Source: Carcharhinus amblyrhynchos (Eukaryota). Taken from it: DNA of 64,000 bases. This document shows, one piece after another, positions 37,820 through 49,689 of this stretch; the first letter of the stretch is position 1; the number at the start of each line of letters is the position of its first letter. The notes under the pieces were generated by a model. It saw only the letters and a program-made list of their open reading frames with translations. It searched no databases and had not been told where the DNA came from. Where the stretch lies: contig OZ336873.1 in assembly GCA_965287045.1 (NCBI GenBank), positions 17,484,001 through 17,548,000 of the forward strand, given 5' to 3'. Both the position numbers and the translations under genes were made by a program.

Positions 37820-38285
37820 AGTAGAGAAAAGGTTTACCGGGATGTTGCCTGATATGGAGGATATTAGTTATGAAGATAGATTGAATAAACTGGGATTGTT
37901 CTCCCTGGAAAGATGGTGGTTGAGGAGCGACCTGATAGAAGTTTATAAAATTATGAGGGACATAGATTAGGTGAAGCTTTTTCCCAGGGCAGGATTGACA
38001 ATCACAAGGGGGCACAAGTTCAAGGTAAGTGGGGGCAGGTTCATTAGAAATGTGTGGGAGTAGTGGTTTTTTTTTACACAGAGGGTAGTGGGGACCTGGA
38101 ATGCACTGCCAAGTGAGGTCGTTGAGACACACACTTTACCGACATTTAAGACTTATCTGGATAGACACATAAACAGGCAGGGAATGGAAAGATACAGGCG
38201 GTTGGCCTGGATAGGACAACGCAATCAACGCAGGCTTTGTGAGCGAAAGGCCCTGTTCCTGTGCTGCACCTTTCATTGTTAAAAT
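37820..38285 (+). mobile_element. CR1 3' fragment
   Basis: ISYEDRLNKLGLFSLE..DLIEVYKIMR..GTWNALPSEVVE. Confidence 0.9.
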
Positions 38286-38855
38286 AATGAATAAATTTTC
38301 ATACCAAAGATTTATGCCAATTATTTTAGCACAGAGAAAAGCAGCGACCAAAGTTGAGTCAAAATTCAGTGACAATATTGTACAAAATTATTTTTTTCCC
38401 TAGAAGTATCACGGGGTAGAGTTTTTGCTTTGCGTGCAATCAGTAATCTGGGTGTAAATTATTCCCAAAATTAAACTAGATTATTGAGATGAATTTCTTG
38501 CTCAGGTTTCTACTCAATTTATTTGCATATCCGCGAAAGTAAAATGCAATCGGGCATCATTTCAGAAAATAATTGTTTCCCTTCTTATTTCATGCATTAA
38601 AGCATATCCCTTCAGCTACTTAAGAATGACAACATGGTGCCAGCTGAAAATAGATTTATCATCTACATATTTTTAATGTCTGTGCCCAGTTCTCAACCTG
38701 TGAGCAACTTTTAAAAAAGACTAAAAACCATATAGAATTGTCTCCTAATTTTACTGCTGCAGGCTGGTTCCTAGCAAATTAATGCTTTTCAACATTTAAG
38801 AGCCTTGGAAAGTGCTCATTAGTGCCCTTACACTTTCAAAATGCTTCATTTTATA

Positions 38856-39170
38856 AGAAACATAGGAGATAGGAGGAGGAATAGGACATGCAACACCACC
38901 GCCCCTCCAGCCCCTCCCCCATTCCCTGCTCTGCCATGGCCTTCTACTAAACCATTGTAAACTTTCTTCCTCAGTGCCATTTTCCCCACAGTAACCCCCA
39001 AGTCCCTTGATGTCTTAAAATGTAAAAATCTATTGATCTTTATTTTGAATGGACTCTCTATCGGCCTCGAAAGCCCTCTTAGGTGGGGAATTCGAAAGAT
39101 TCACCAGCCACTGAGTGAAGAAATTCCCAGTCCACCTCAGTCTCAGTCCAAAATGGCCTACCATTTTGTA
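38856..39170 (-). mobile_element. Old CR1 3' fragment
   Basis: GAAACATAGGAGATAGGAG tail; NFFTQWLVNLSNS. Confidence 0.75.
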
Positions 39171-39211
39171 GATGACATGATTGAACCATATATAATTATT
39201 GGGGATAAGAG

Positions 39212-39510
39212 TGAGTAGGGAGCAGCTATTCCCCTTGGTTGAGAGGTCAATCATGAGGGGGCATAGTTGTAGGGTAAGGGGCAGACGATTCAGAGGGGAT
39301 TTGAGAAAAAACTCAGAGGTTGTGGGAATCTGGAATTCACGGCCTGGGAAGGTAGTTTGAGGCCAGAAACCTTACAACCTTTAAAAAATATTCTGATGAG
39401 CACTTGAAATATAATATTCAAGGATATGGGACAAGTGCAGGAAAATGGGATTAGCATAATGCAGACTCAATGGGTGAAGGGTCTTTTCTGCACTGTGTGG
39501 CTCTTGTTCG
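39212..39510 (+). mobile_element. CR1 3' fragment
   Basis: GAGGGGGCATAG..AAGGGGCAGACGATTCAGAGGGGAT; tail TGGGTGAAGGGTCTTTTCTGC. Confidence 0.8.
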
Positions 39511-39517
39511 TAGGCTT

Positions 39518-39636
39518 TGGCCGGAATTTTATCTCCTCGTCCATCCCAGAATCAGTGCAGGCGAGGCTCGCAGGACAGAATTCTCCATTGGCTTTGAGCG
39601 GGATTTTACAAGCTTCGAGGTCGTAAAATCCTGCCC
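39518..39636. mobile_element. About 120-bp MITE
   Basis: GGCCGGAATTTTA / TAAAATCCTGCCC termini. Confidence 0.75.
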
Positions 39637-40164
39637 TTTGTCCTCTGGTTCAAGACCATCCTCAGTCAGGGGACACACTCTTCTAATTGTAAGAATTTTG
39701 TTTTTCAACTCCAGGAAATGTCCCCAGCGGGCACAAATTTATACTTATGGTCCTTCTTCACAAGTGGAAACATTTTCTCTACATCGATCCTCTGAACCCC
39801 TTTCATCATCTACTCTAATCGAGGGAAAAGTGTCCCAGTCTGTTCCGTTTTTCCTAATGATACATTTGCTCTCCAGAACATGAGATGTGACAAACATGGA
39901 ATGCCAAGGACTGGATTTTTGCAATGCTGTAGAGACTTTCCACAACTGCGAAGGTGGAGGAAGAGGCCACAATCTGGAATTCCTATCCCTGAACACAGCA
40001 CTTTCATGGGGATGGGATTGCAGGTGTGTCACATTTTGCAGAGACAGCAGGCTATATAAATCAGCAGCTGCCTCCGCTCACGTCTAATTGTGGAACCTAT
40101 CGTGCGAGAAACATGATGTGTGCAAGTTCGGCCTGGCAGGACCAGGTCTAAACTTTGCAGTAAA

Positions 40165-40373
40165 ATCAAAGCAAAATACTCTGGATGCTGGAAATCTGAA
40201 ATAAGAACAGACAATGCTGGAAAGGCTCAGCAGGTCAGGCAGCATCCACGAGGACAGAAAGAGAGTTAATGTTACGGGTGCGTGAGACTGAAAAAGAGTC
40301 AAAATATTAACTCTGTGTCTCCACAAATATTGGCAGACCTGCTGGGCTTTTCCAATATTTTCTATTATTATTC
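40165..40373. mobile_element. Inverted pair of Penelope-like terminal repeats
   Basis: Minus copy 40165-40280 (GCTGGAAAGGCTCAGCAGGTCAGGCAGCATC..GAGTTAAT) faces plus copy 40287-40373 (ATTAACTC..GGCAGACCTGCTGGGCTTTTCC). Confidence 0.7.
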
Positions 40374-41388
40374 GAAACTTGAGTGCTTTGGGGAGCTGCG
40401 TCCCCCTTTGGATATGGTCCTGGGATATCTTTGGGGGAGGTAGAATTCTCTATGGGATTGTTAAAAGTGAATGTGAACAAGCAAAAAAAGTGTGCAAACT
40501 CACTTGAAGTGTCAAAAGTACCTGTCAAAAGTAATTGTCAAGGAATTTAAAAGCCCTACCCTTTAAATCTTTGAAAATAACTGTGGTGTTAAAAAAATCC
40601 ATTGCTTGCTATTTCACTTTGTCTATTGATACAAGTCAGAGGCCTATCATTATCGTATTTATGTTGCATGACTGATTTTACAACATTTCGTTCTAAGAGT
40701 TGGGTGCCTTCCATTTCATCTTGAATGACAGCTCCGAGCAGTCACAGACTTTTTTGAAGTGAGACAATGAATTCTGTTGTTTTTCATAAGGGATTAAGCA
40801 ATTGAATGAAATGTTCATTCTCGCTGAAGAAATGCACCCAGTGCAATACCATTTTGCACCTTAGAGTTTAGGTTCTGCTTTTAAAATATGTTTGCGTTGA
40901 TTCTCAGCAATATAGCATGCATTAGATACAGAGATCACCATGGCCTTAACTAAAATGGCTTTCAAAATACTGTAAAAATGTCTTGTCAAAAATGACACCC
41001 CAGAACATGACTTTCAAATTTCTTCACTGTGCAGTCACAATTGGATTAAGACAAAACGTAATAGTTTGAGACGGGCATTAATGTTTAATTGCAGCTATTC
41101 TTGACTTCAGATTTAGTTGGGATTCACATTTCATGGTCTGATTCTATTCATTCAACAGATTTTAATCACCGTCGGTGAGTCATTTACCTAAAAATAACAG
41201 ACTGTGAAAATGAAATTTCGCTCAGATGGATACTTCTTAAATAAAGACATTTCCCATCAGAGTTGCCTTCACATTCCATCTCCTTCACTGTCCACTACCC
41301 ATAACCCCAGGTAATGTTTGAATTCCAGCTACAAACAGAAGACAGTGGTGCTTTTTCTCAGGGGCATTAAGGACCCTGCAGGGCACCA

Positions 41389-41559
41389 GGGTGGATTTTT
41401 GCTTTCATGTTCTTGGTGCTCTGCCCTTCGAAGAATCCCACCTGATTTTCATTCCATTGAAGTCAAAACAACAAAAATTAGATTGGTCCCTATGAGTGGG
41501 CAGATAAATTAACCTGCCAGCTTATTATCCGGCTAGTAAAAGCAAAACAAAATCCACCT
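41389..41559. mobile_element. Palindromic MITE
   Basis: GGTGGATTTTTGCTTT / AAAGCAAAACAAAATCCACC; centre CCATTGAAGTCAA. Confidence 0.65.
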
Positions 41560-41571
41560 CGCCACTAATCA

Positions 41572-41643
41572 CCCCCCCCCTCCCTTCCCTCCTCCACCTC
41601 CTCTCCCCCTACCCCGCCCTCCCCCCACCCGCCACCCCACCCC
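41572..41643 (-). repeat. G-rich low-complexity tract with G-quadruplex potential
   Basis: Many C3+ runs on the plus strand. Confidence 0.7.
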
Positions 41644-42520
41644 TGGGCCAAAATATGCACTTGATAACTGTCTCAAACCACTGAAAGACCACAACCACAT
41701 TTGAATTTCAAGCAGTAAAACAATAGGTTTTGCTGCTATTCTTAATTGGAAGCAACACAACACAAGACAAATTGATAGGGAAGAGATGCATTCTCAAGGG
41801 CAACGTTTGACATTGCTTAAGAAAAATCTTTTTTGTACATGCTTGTGTTATGGATTGACTTTTTCATTTGATGCTGTCCCCACGTCATTTAACTTGGAAG
41901 CTTTAACGATCTTCAGAAAGCACAGACTTTCATCTCATCTGTCTGAACTCTAGGCGTCAGAGAATGTTCAAACACTGTGGTGCCCATGATGCAGAATGTG
42001 AAATGTAATTGATCACACTGAAGATAGTAAAGGAACCATTACACATAGGCTCTGGGCATAACTACTTATCTCTGAAGTTGCACAGAATGCTGAATATATA
42101 TATTCAGTACAATCACAAATGAATTGCTTTAATTTGTTCTGTTACAAAGCAGAACTCATCTGTAAACTGGACCCTAATATTTTTAAACCACAGAGACCCA
42201 GTTTAACCTCCCTCCAATAGTGTGCCAAAGGAGGTCGGGTGCTTATTAGCCAGATTCGAAAGATGTCAGTGCTATCTGGTCAATTCAATTAGCTAAGAGT
42301 GCCAGATTTAGGCCAGCAGAAACAGCTATCAGTCAATCTATGGTCACCTCATTCAGTCTGGAAGAGCACTTGTTTGTAGTTTTTGCGACCATCATGCAGT
42401 GATTTATTTCATGTAGCAGACAATGTTCCAGCCTAATGCTTGTCTTTCATGGAAGTGCTGGGCTCGCAAACACTGTTAAGGATTTGAAACAAATAATACT
42501 TTATTCTCTGGCTGAGCAGC

Positions 42521-42612
42521 TACTCACTGCTTTTGCTAGGTGCACACTCTGGGAAGAACGATCGCGCTCTCGTCATGTGTTGCTTTTTATAGCCGCATAA
42601 CCACATGACTCC
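42521..42612 (-). promoter_or_regulatory. Candidate Pol II promoter and short first exon: M-box, TATA box, E-box, splice donor
   Basis: Minus strand AGTCATGTG (42610-42602), TATAAAAA (42591-42584), CACATGAC (42579-42572), CpG cluster, GCA|GTGAGTA donor at 42527. Confidence 0.45.
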
Positions 42613-42667
42613 TTAGTCTATGTCTTTTCCATTTAATTTGCAACAACCAGTGGTATTGAGATGCAAG

Positions 42668-42971
42668 TTTAGTTTATTTTTTTTTATTAGTGTCACAAGT
42701 GGACTTACATTAACACTGCAATGAAGTTACCGTGAAAATCCCGAATTTGCCACACTCTGGCACCTGATTGGGAATACACGGAGGAGAATTTAGCATGGCC
42801 AATGCATGTAACCAGCACGTCTTTTGGACTGTTGGAGGAAGCCAGAGCATGTGGAGGAAACCCATGCGGATTTGGGGAGAACGTGGGGAGAAGACTGCAC
42901 ACAGACAGGAATCAGACCCGGGTCCTTGGTGCTGTGAGGCAGAGGTGCTAACCACTGTGCCACCATACCCC
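42668..42971 (-). mobile_element. V-SINE, tail type b
   Basis: Tail TTTTCACGGTAAC..TTGTGACACTAATAAA on the minus strand. Confidence 0.9.
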
Positions 42972-43467
42972 TGTAACACTGTACGCGAACAATAACTGTG
43001 TATGAACCTTTATACAACTCACAAATCGAACAGACTAACAGTACATAACAATTTAGGTATGGTGAGATATGAATTAAGCTGTTATAGCTGGTGCACAGCC
43101 CACTGTGTCTCCTTTCCCCTCCCCAGCCTGCTTCTGTTGCGTAAACATGAGATTCGAAGGCTAGTTGCAAATTAGGTGGCAACAGAGTCCAAAACCTTGT
43201 GTTCAGTTTGATCACAAGCCCTGAGCATGTGGTTACGCCGGTTTGTTGTGCTATAGTTTTTCTCAGGCTAGTGGCCATGGTGTGAACGACCTGGAGCATT
43301 TAATCAGTGTGGTCAGTGGGTGCAGGGCTCACTGCGTAAGCCTCTGGAGGAATCTGGAGGTCAGACACCTGTGATAGAGGCCAGATGACTGGAGTGCTGT
43401 GGCATCTGATTCTAATATCTGAAGGAGGTGGTGGCAGTTGTGTGCATAATAGGCATTGCCTGATAAT

Positions 43468-43611
43468 GATTTAACCCCAGGGTCACCACACCTCAGGCAT
43501 GGGGCAAAGTTGAGAAGTCGAGGACTTCATGAATAACATTGGCCAGTACAGGAAGTGAACACACGCTGTTAGTGTCGATCAGCTGTCTAGCTGACTGAGC
43601 TAACTGACCCC
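43468..43611 (-). mobile_element. Short tRNA-derived SINE family C
   Basis: Head GGGGTCAGTTAGCTCAGTCAGCTAGACAGC (A box); degenerate B box; CCTGAGGTGTGGTGACCCT. Confidence 0.7.
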
Positions 43612-43619
43612 TCATGTGC

Positions 43620-43900
43620 ATACACCATATTTGAAGGATTATCAAATGCTTTTTGGAGGTCCATATAAATAACATCCATTGAACCATATAAAAATCATCC
43701 ATAGATACTTTCTCGTCCAATACCTTAGTCTTCCTTTCAGAAAAGTTAATCGGCTATGACCTACACTTTACAAATGGATGCTGGTTCTCTCTGCTCAGTT
43801 GAATGTTTCCAGTGTTCAGTCACTGTATCCGTGGTTATTGACTTTTCGTTTTCCGACAACAGATGTTCAGCAAACTGATGTATTTCCTCTCTTACCTTTC
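43620..43900 (-). mobile_element. Old CR1 RT fragment
   Basis: Degenerate MDVIYMDLQKAFD motif at about 43640-43680. Confidence 0.6.
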
Positions 43901-44589
43901 CTAAACAGTATACTGACATGAAATCTTCTCATCTAAAGGAATAGTCCACACATTGACAGAATTTCAGAAGAATCTACATAGGGAAGCTGTGGCATTTTGG
44001 CCTATTGCCTTTAAAACTCTGGGAAAGAAACCCATTTGGTCATGGGGATTTGTCACTCTTTAGCTCCATTATTTACAATCTCAAGTCCTGTGGAGTCCAT
44101 TTGTCAACACTGGAACATAAACACCCATGTGGAATAAGCAGGGAGACAATGCAATCAAAGGATCTTCTGCCATCGGAACCTCACTCTCAGAGCCTTTTTT
44201 TTCCCATTATCATTACAGAGAATGTGTGTATATCCAATGGGACGGTCTTTTCAGCTTCTTAATCCTTCAGAATAGATTGGGGACCGTTTGAAAATTTTCA
44301 GGTACGCAGACTGATATCACTTTGCTGATACAGTCAGGTTTCCATGAGAATTTTCTTTCAAATTTCAAAGCAAACAGCCACCATACACCAAGATCTCAAT
44401 CAGTGTGATGTTAGGCGATCTAGGGCTGTGTGATGCTTCAGTGCAAAACAAAAATCGGGCATTGTGCAAAATGGGCTGCTGGTTTTCTCTTGTCTCTTTC
44501 ACATCACTGCCCAGAATGAAACTAAACCACAAATGTTGGGAGCACCCCACATCCAGATGGTATCTGTGGGGAGGTCAGACAAAGTGTAG

Positions 44590-45150
44590 ATACTTTCTCA
44601 AAAACATCCACAGCATCAACCAATATCCTTTACTTTCTCAGGAGGCTAAGGAAATTTGACATGTCTGCTTTGACTCTCCCTAACTTTTACAGATGCACCA
44701 TAGAAAGCATCCTTTCTGGATATATCACAGCTTGGTATGCCTCCTGCTCTGCCCAAGACTGCAAAAAACTACAAACAGCTGTGAATGAAGCCCAGTCCAT
44801 CACATAAACCAACCTCCCATCCATTGACGCTGTCTACACTTGCTGCTGCCTCAGAAAAGCAGCCAGCATAATCAAGGGCCCCACTCATGCCAGACATATC
44901 CTCATCCATCTTCTTCCATCGGGAAAAAGAAATAAAAGTCTGAAGTCACATACCAACCGACTCAAGAACAGCTTCTTCCCTGCTGCCATCAGACTTTTGA
45001 ATGGACCTACCTTATATTAAGTTGATCTTTTTCTACACTCGATCTATAACAGTAACACTACATTCTGCACTCTTTGCTTTCCTTCGCTATGAATGATATG
45101 CTTGGTCTGTATAGCATGCTCGAAACAATAACATAATAACTCAAATCAAA
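44590..45150 (+). mobile_element. Rex1/Babar 3' fragment
   Basis: Homologous to about 8250-8816; TNRLKNSFFPAAIRLLN. Confidence 0.92.
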
Positions 45151-45199
45151 CCTATTCAATTAGCTGTTTACATCCAGTGGAGCACTGAGGGGCTCCACT

Positions 45200-45288
45200 C
45201 TACCTCTCTACAGATGCTGCTTGACCCATTGAGAACTCTCAACAATAGCTGTTTTTGTTTCCAATTTCCAATATCTGCAGGTTTGGCT
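45200..45288 (+). mobile_element. Penelope-like terminal fragment
   Basis: CTCTACAGATGCTGCTTGACC..TTTCCAATATCTGCAG. Confidence 0.55.
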
Positions 45289-46051
45289 ACACATTACGTT
45301 ACATCGAAGCTTTGATCGCTGATGTTTGCTTCTATCAAATAAAAGACTACTCAATGTGAAAAAAACAAATGAAATAGATATTGCTTTTTTAATTTACCTC
45401 ATTGACAGATTACTCAGTACAAACTTCTCCTGGCTTGCTCTGTTGACTAATCAGAACGAACTACTTAGAACAAATAGAAAAATCCGTTTTAATAAAAATA
45501 GACTTAAGCAATGATTGAACACGAGAAAGCAATTGTCTGCTTTACAAATAGAACATGTTTTATTCAGCATGTTAATTAATGAAAAACCGGTATAAGTTAA
45601 CTACAGTCTATAACTCTGAAAGATGCAATGCCCAATGGCCGTCCAATATTTGCTCATGGATCACATGAATCCCTTTTCCCTGTGCAGAGAGTATTGCCCT
45701 GGAATAATTGTGTTTAATCAAAACAATAAAACAGCATCAAAGGATAGAAATCACTTTTGCTAGGAGCTGATTTATTATTAATTCAGCAACATATTTAGCC
45801 AATCAGCTAGAAGAGTATTAAAATTGCAAACGAAACATAATTACTGAACACTGATTCAATAAAATGCTTCACTGTTGATGATGAAGCTTTACACTGCTAC
45901 AGAGATGATTTGGTGCTGGGTATGATTATGAAGGATGGTGAAGAGAGTGATGTACTTCGGGTATGTTTAAAGATAGAATTCTATGAAGGTTGACTTACAA
46001 AATAAAATAGCTACCATTTACGATGAATAATTCCAAGCGGATGATAAACAG

Positions 46052-46342
46052 ACGGCACGGTGGCACATGTGGCATGGTGGTACGATGGTTAGCACTGCTG
46101 CCTCAGCACCAAAGACCCGGGTTTGATTCCCGGCTTGGGTCACTTGTGTGCAGTTTGCACATTCTCCCCGTGACTGTGTCGGTTTCCTCCGGGTGCCCCA
46201 GGTTCCATCTGGATAATGCGCTGGTTAGGTGCATTGGCTATGTTATATTCTCCCTTAGAGTCCCTGAACAGGAGCTGGAGTGTGGCAACCAGGGGAATTT
46301 CACAGTAACTTCATGCAGTGTTAATGTAAGCCTAATAAACTT
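46052..46342 (+). mobile_element. V-SINE, tail type b, duplicated 5' start
   Basis: GGCACGGTGGCAC followed by GGCATGGTGGTAC; tail b. Confidence 0.9.
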
Positions 46343-46379
46343 TATTTTAGACAATAGTTACGGGTTTTATAGCAATGTA

Positions 46380-46612
46380 GAGCGCATAGGATCATACAGA
46401 GCAGAAGGGGCCCTTTGGTCCATCGTGTTTGCACCAACACATGAGAAACACCTGACCTCCCACCTAATCCCACCTACCAGCATTTGGCCCATAGCCTTGA
46501 AAGTTATGATATGTCAAGTGCTCATCCAGATGCTTTTTAAAGGATGTGAGGCAACCTGCCTTCACTACTCTCCCAGGCAGCGCATTCCAGATCACCACCA
46601 CCCTCTGGGTAA
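46380..46612 (-). mobile_element. CR1 3' fragment
   Basis: TCCCAGGCAGCGCATTCCAGATCACCACCACCCTCTGGGT. Confidence 0.85.
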
Positions 46613-48174
46613 AATACATGCAGAGTATAAATTACCAAAGCATACCTCATTCTCCTAAAGGTTTTAGTTACCCATGCTGCTTAAAATCTGGAGATTTTGC
46701 TTTTAAATGCTTGCATTTGATTTTAGATGACATTGTGCGATGTGTTATGCAAGTGGCTATGAGCTTCATTTGGGCTGTGCTACTAGTTGGTGGTTCATTG
46801 ATTGCTGAGTATAAATGGGCATGATAAAAAGCCTGACATTCACTTGGTGAGCTGTTGACTGTTTTTCTTGGGCTTTTGTTCTAATCTTAGGTAAAATACA
46901 TTTTTGTTTTGCTTTGGGAGCCAGGTGGAGAGTGAATAGTATTGATTTACAATGAGGAAAAATGCATTTCACAAGCAGGGGATTTTTGATGTCACTCAAA
47001 GTACTGAAACATTGATACACAGCTCAGCAGATGCATAGATAAAAATCTCTCTGAAAAGCAGACAGGAGCATGATTATTTAGTGCCCATACAAAAATGTTA
47101 TCCATTTAGCCTTCAATAATTTACTTCCATATACTATATATATATATATAATACATATTTGTTACTAGAATGAGATAAGTCCAAACTATTAGGCATATTA
47201 ATACCTTTATTATCTTTATGTAAAGTAGCTTTTACATCTCTTCAGGAAATTTTAACTGTCATCTTGAAAACCACATTTACCACAATTAAGATCAGAAATG
47301 ATGACAGGTTTCCAGGGACTGCGCATTTCCATGATTTGCAACTGAACCCCTTTCAGCGCATTTAATTTTTGATATTCAGAAGTATCACAAGAATGTAAAT
47401 GGGCATCATTTGTGCCAACATGTAACTTTGCACCTCATTATCAGCAATGGAGACGTACTATCATCCTGAGGCCTTGACAACTTCCAAAGTCACGCAGTTT
47501 GAAGTGCCACTGAGACAGATGATTAAAATACAGTATTTTTGGAATGCTAACTAATGCTGTTTTGAAGATTTTGTGAAGTAGAAATAAGTCCTTGTTCCAA
47601 CATGTGAACAATTGACACAGATGAGAAAACATTAAACAGAAAAACCTTTTCAGCTGCCTTTACTTCTATTTCAAGGGACACAAGATGATTTATAATCTCT
47701 TACACATATCCTTCTTCCCAACCATTCAGCTCATTAATGTTATGGTGCATGACGCGGCACTATTGGAACAGCATGAGGAGATGGTAATTATTTCACAATT
47801 CAAGTCTTGTGTTTCATGTTAAGAGAAGGGGAAAAAGGGACATAACTACAAGGTCCCAATTATAGCTGCCATTTAGATGTTTCTGCAGTTCACTTGTACT
47901 TAATCAAACAACCCAGTGGATAGTAATGTGAATGTACAGTATGGTCCTGTGAAATAGGTACGTTGATCTGGATGAAATTTCCAATCCAATATGGAAGTGA
48001 CATGAGATCCCTGGAATACTGTAATTGATATGTCCACGTTCTTAAAGGGGGAGAGGAATAAAATTGGAAATTACAGTTGACCTTAGTGATGGGCAAACAT
48101 TCAGAAACACTAATCCAATAATGTTGACTGGCACTTGGAAAAGTATTGGGCTCATAAGTGAAAGTCAAGATGCA

Positions 48175-48545
48175 TTAATAACAAATTGTGTTTGACGAAC
48201 TAAATTAAGTTCTTTGATTAAGGAGCTGAGACATTGGTGAGGGTAGTTTGATTGATGTTGTGTACATGAATTTTCAAAAGACTTTTGATAAAATGCTTTT
48301 TAATAGACTCGACTTTGATAATAGGCTTCGATAGCAAAATCGAAGTTCATGGGATTAGAGGAGTTGTGGCTGTGTGGATATAAAATTGCTGAGGATTAGA
48401 AAGGTTTTTCTTTATTTAAGATTGAAGGGCAATGTGGAGTGGTGACCGCCAGCCTCAGTATTTTTATTAAAGATCATTGATCTGGACTGAGGTATATCAG
48501 GCATAATTTTAATTACAGATTACACAACAGTCAGCAATGTAGAAA
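48175..48545 (+). mobile_element. Old CR1 RT fragment
   Basis: CLTN..FFD, IDVVYMNFQKTFDK. Confidence 0.75.
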
Positions 48546-48547
48546 GG

Positions 48548-48770
48548 CAATGTCCAGACGTTGTGCCTTTTTTGAATTAAACAAAAGTATGATGGACCAG
48601 AGCCGCCTGGTGCATTGCCTTGTCCAATCTGAGCTGACTTGCCAACCAATCAGCACCCTTTTCTCATGCAGTATGAATTGTTACTCCCTTTGAAATTTGG
48701 TATTCTGACATCTGTCCTGCTGCATGCAAGATGAAAAGATTTGGCGGCATGTTGCTTTTTTAGATTCTGT
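48548..48770 (+). mobile_element. Probable Penelope-like terminus with decayed hammerhead
   Basis: Two CCAATC boxes, TATA-like GTATGAAT, then CTGCTGCATGCAAGATGAAAAGATT (degenerate CTGATGA..GAAA). Confidence 0.45.
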
Positions 48771-48824
48771 ACCACCGTGCACCTATTCTCTGATATGATG
48801 AGAAACAGAAAAATAACTCAGGTT

Positions 48825-49225
48825 CATTTATCTACATGTGAGAAGTTGTAATTACATAGCACTTTAACGCAGTTTTAACTTTTGAAGTATTTCACATACA
48901 AATAATTAAACGCAATCACTGCCGCCATGTGAGTAAACACAGCATTCATTGCACAGAGTAAACTCCTACAAACAGCAATTAGTTTAATGAACAATTAATC
49001 TGTTTTTAGTAGGGCTGATTCAGGGAGGAATGCTCGCAGGATACTGGAAAATTTCCCGCATTTTTTCCCCCCTCTGAATAGTGCTACCAGGTCTTAAGCA
49101 TTGAACAAAATAGCCTCAACTTAACTACTCATTTGGAACATTACAGTGTTCTATCAGCTCAGCACTGAAATGTCAAGCCCATGTCAGGGACTCAAATTCT
49201 GGAGTGGGACTCACCTTTGACAGAG
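48825..49225 (-). mobile_element. Deu-domain SINE (SacSINE1/AmnSINE1-related)
   Basis: Colinear with 56320-56982 (CACAGAGTAAACTCCTACAAACAGCAAT..CTGGAGTGGGACT). Confidence 0.7.
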
Positions 49226-49689
49226 CTTACTCCTGTTATTATGTTCACCATTAATGCAATTATCAGTCTATAAAGGCATTATCTATCGTATGTATATTGT
49301 TCAGTCAACCGGTTGGCCGAACTGCCTGTTTTTGATAGGTGTGCCAGATCCATTGTGGTCACAGTGCTCCAGTCAAACACCATTAGAAATAATTACTGAC
49401 AGCAATGTGCAGTACCGCTATTTTGGCTTTGTGCAAAAACAAGCTTCTTCAAAGCATTTGAGCCAATGAATAAGTATAGTGGTTCATTATCACTAATTGC
49501 TTTGCGTGAATGCAAAACGGGCTAACAAAATGCAGGTCTTTTCTTTCCGTGGATGTCTGGAGTTGTCCAAATCACCCTAATAAATTCTATAAACCACTGC
49601 AAAAATTCTACTGGATGCTAAGTTGAGCCTTGCAGTTTTGTGGGACTGGGAGATAAAGAACAGCATAGACAGGAGCATAAAACTGTAAG

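Noticed and set aside
40051-40075. Plus-strand TATA (CTATATAAAT) with E-box CAGCTG
   Set aside because: No convincing downstream donor or ORF; isolated motif
41159-41182. 16-nt plus-strand microexon
   Set aside because: Frame-shifting, overlaps an AP-1 word (TGAGTCA), and shows that such motif pairs occur by chance
46023-46658. 211-aa ORF
   Set aside because: Chance read-through across a SINE and an antisense CR1
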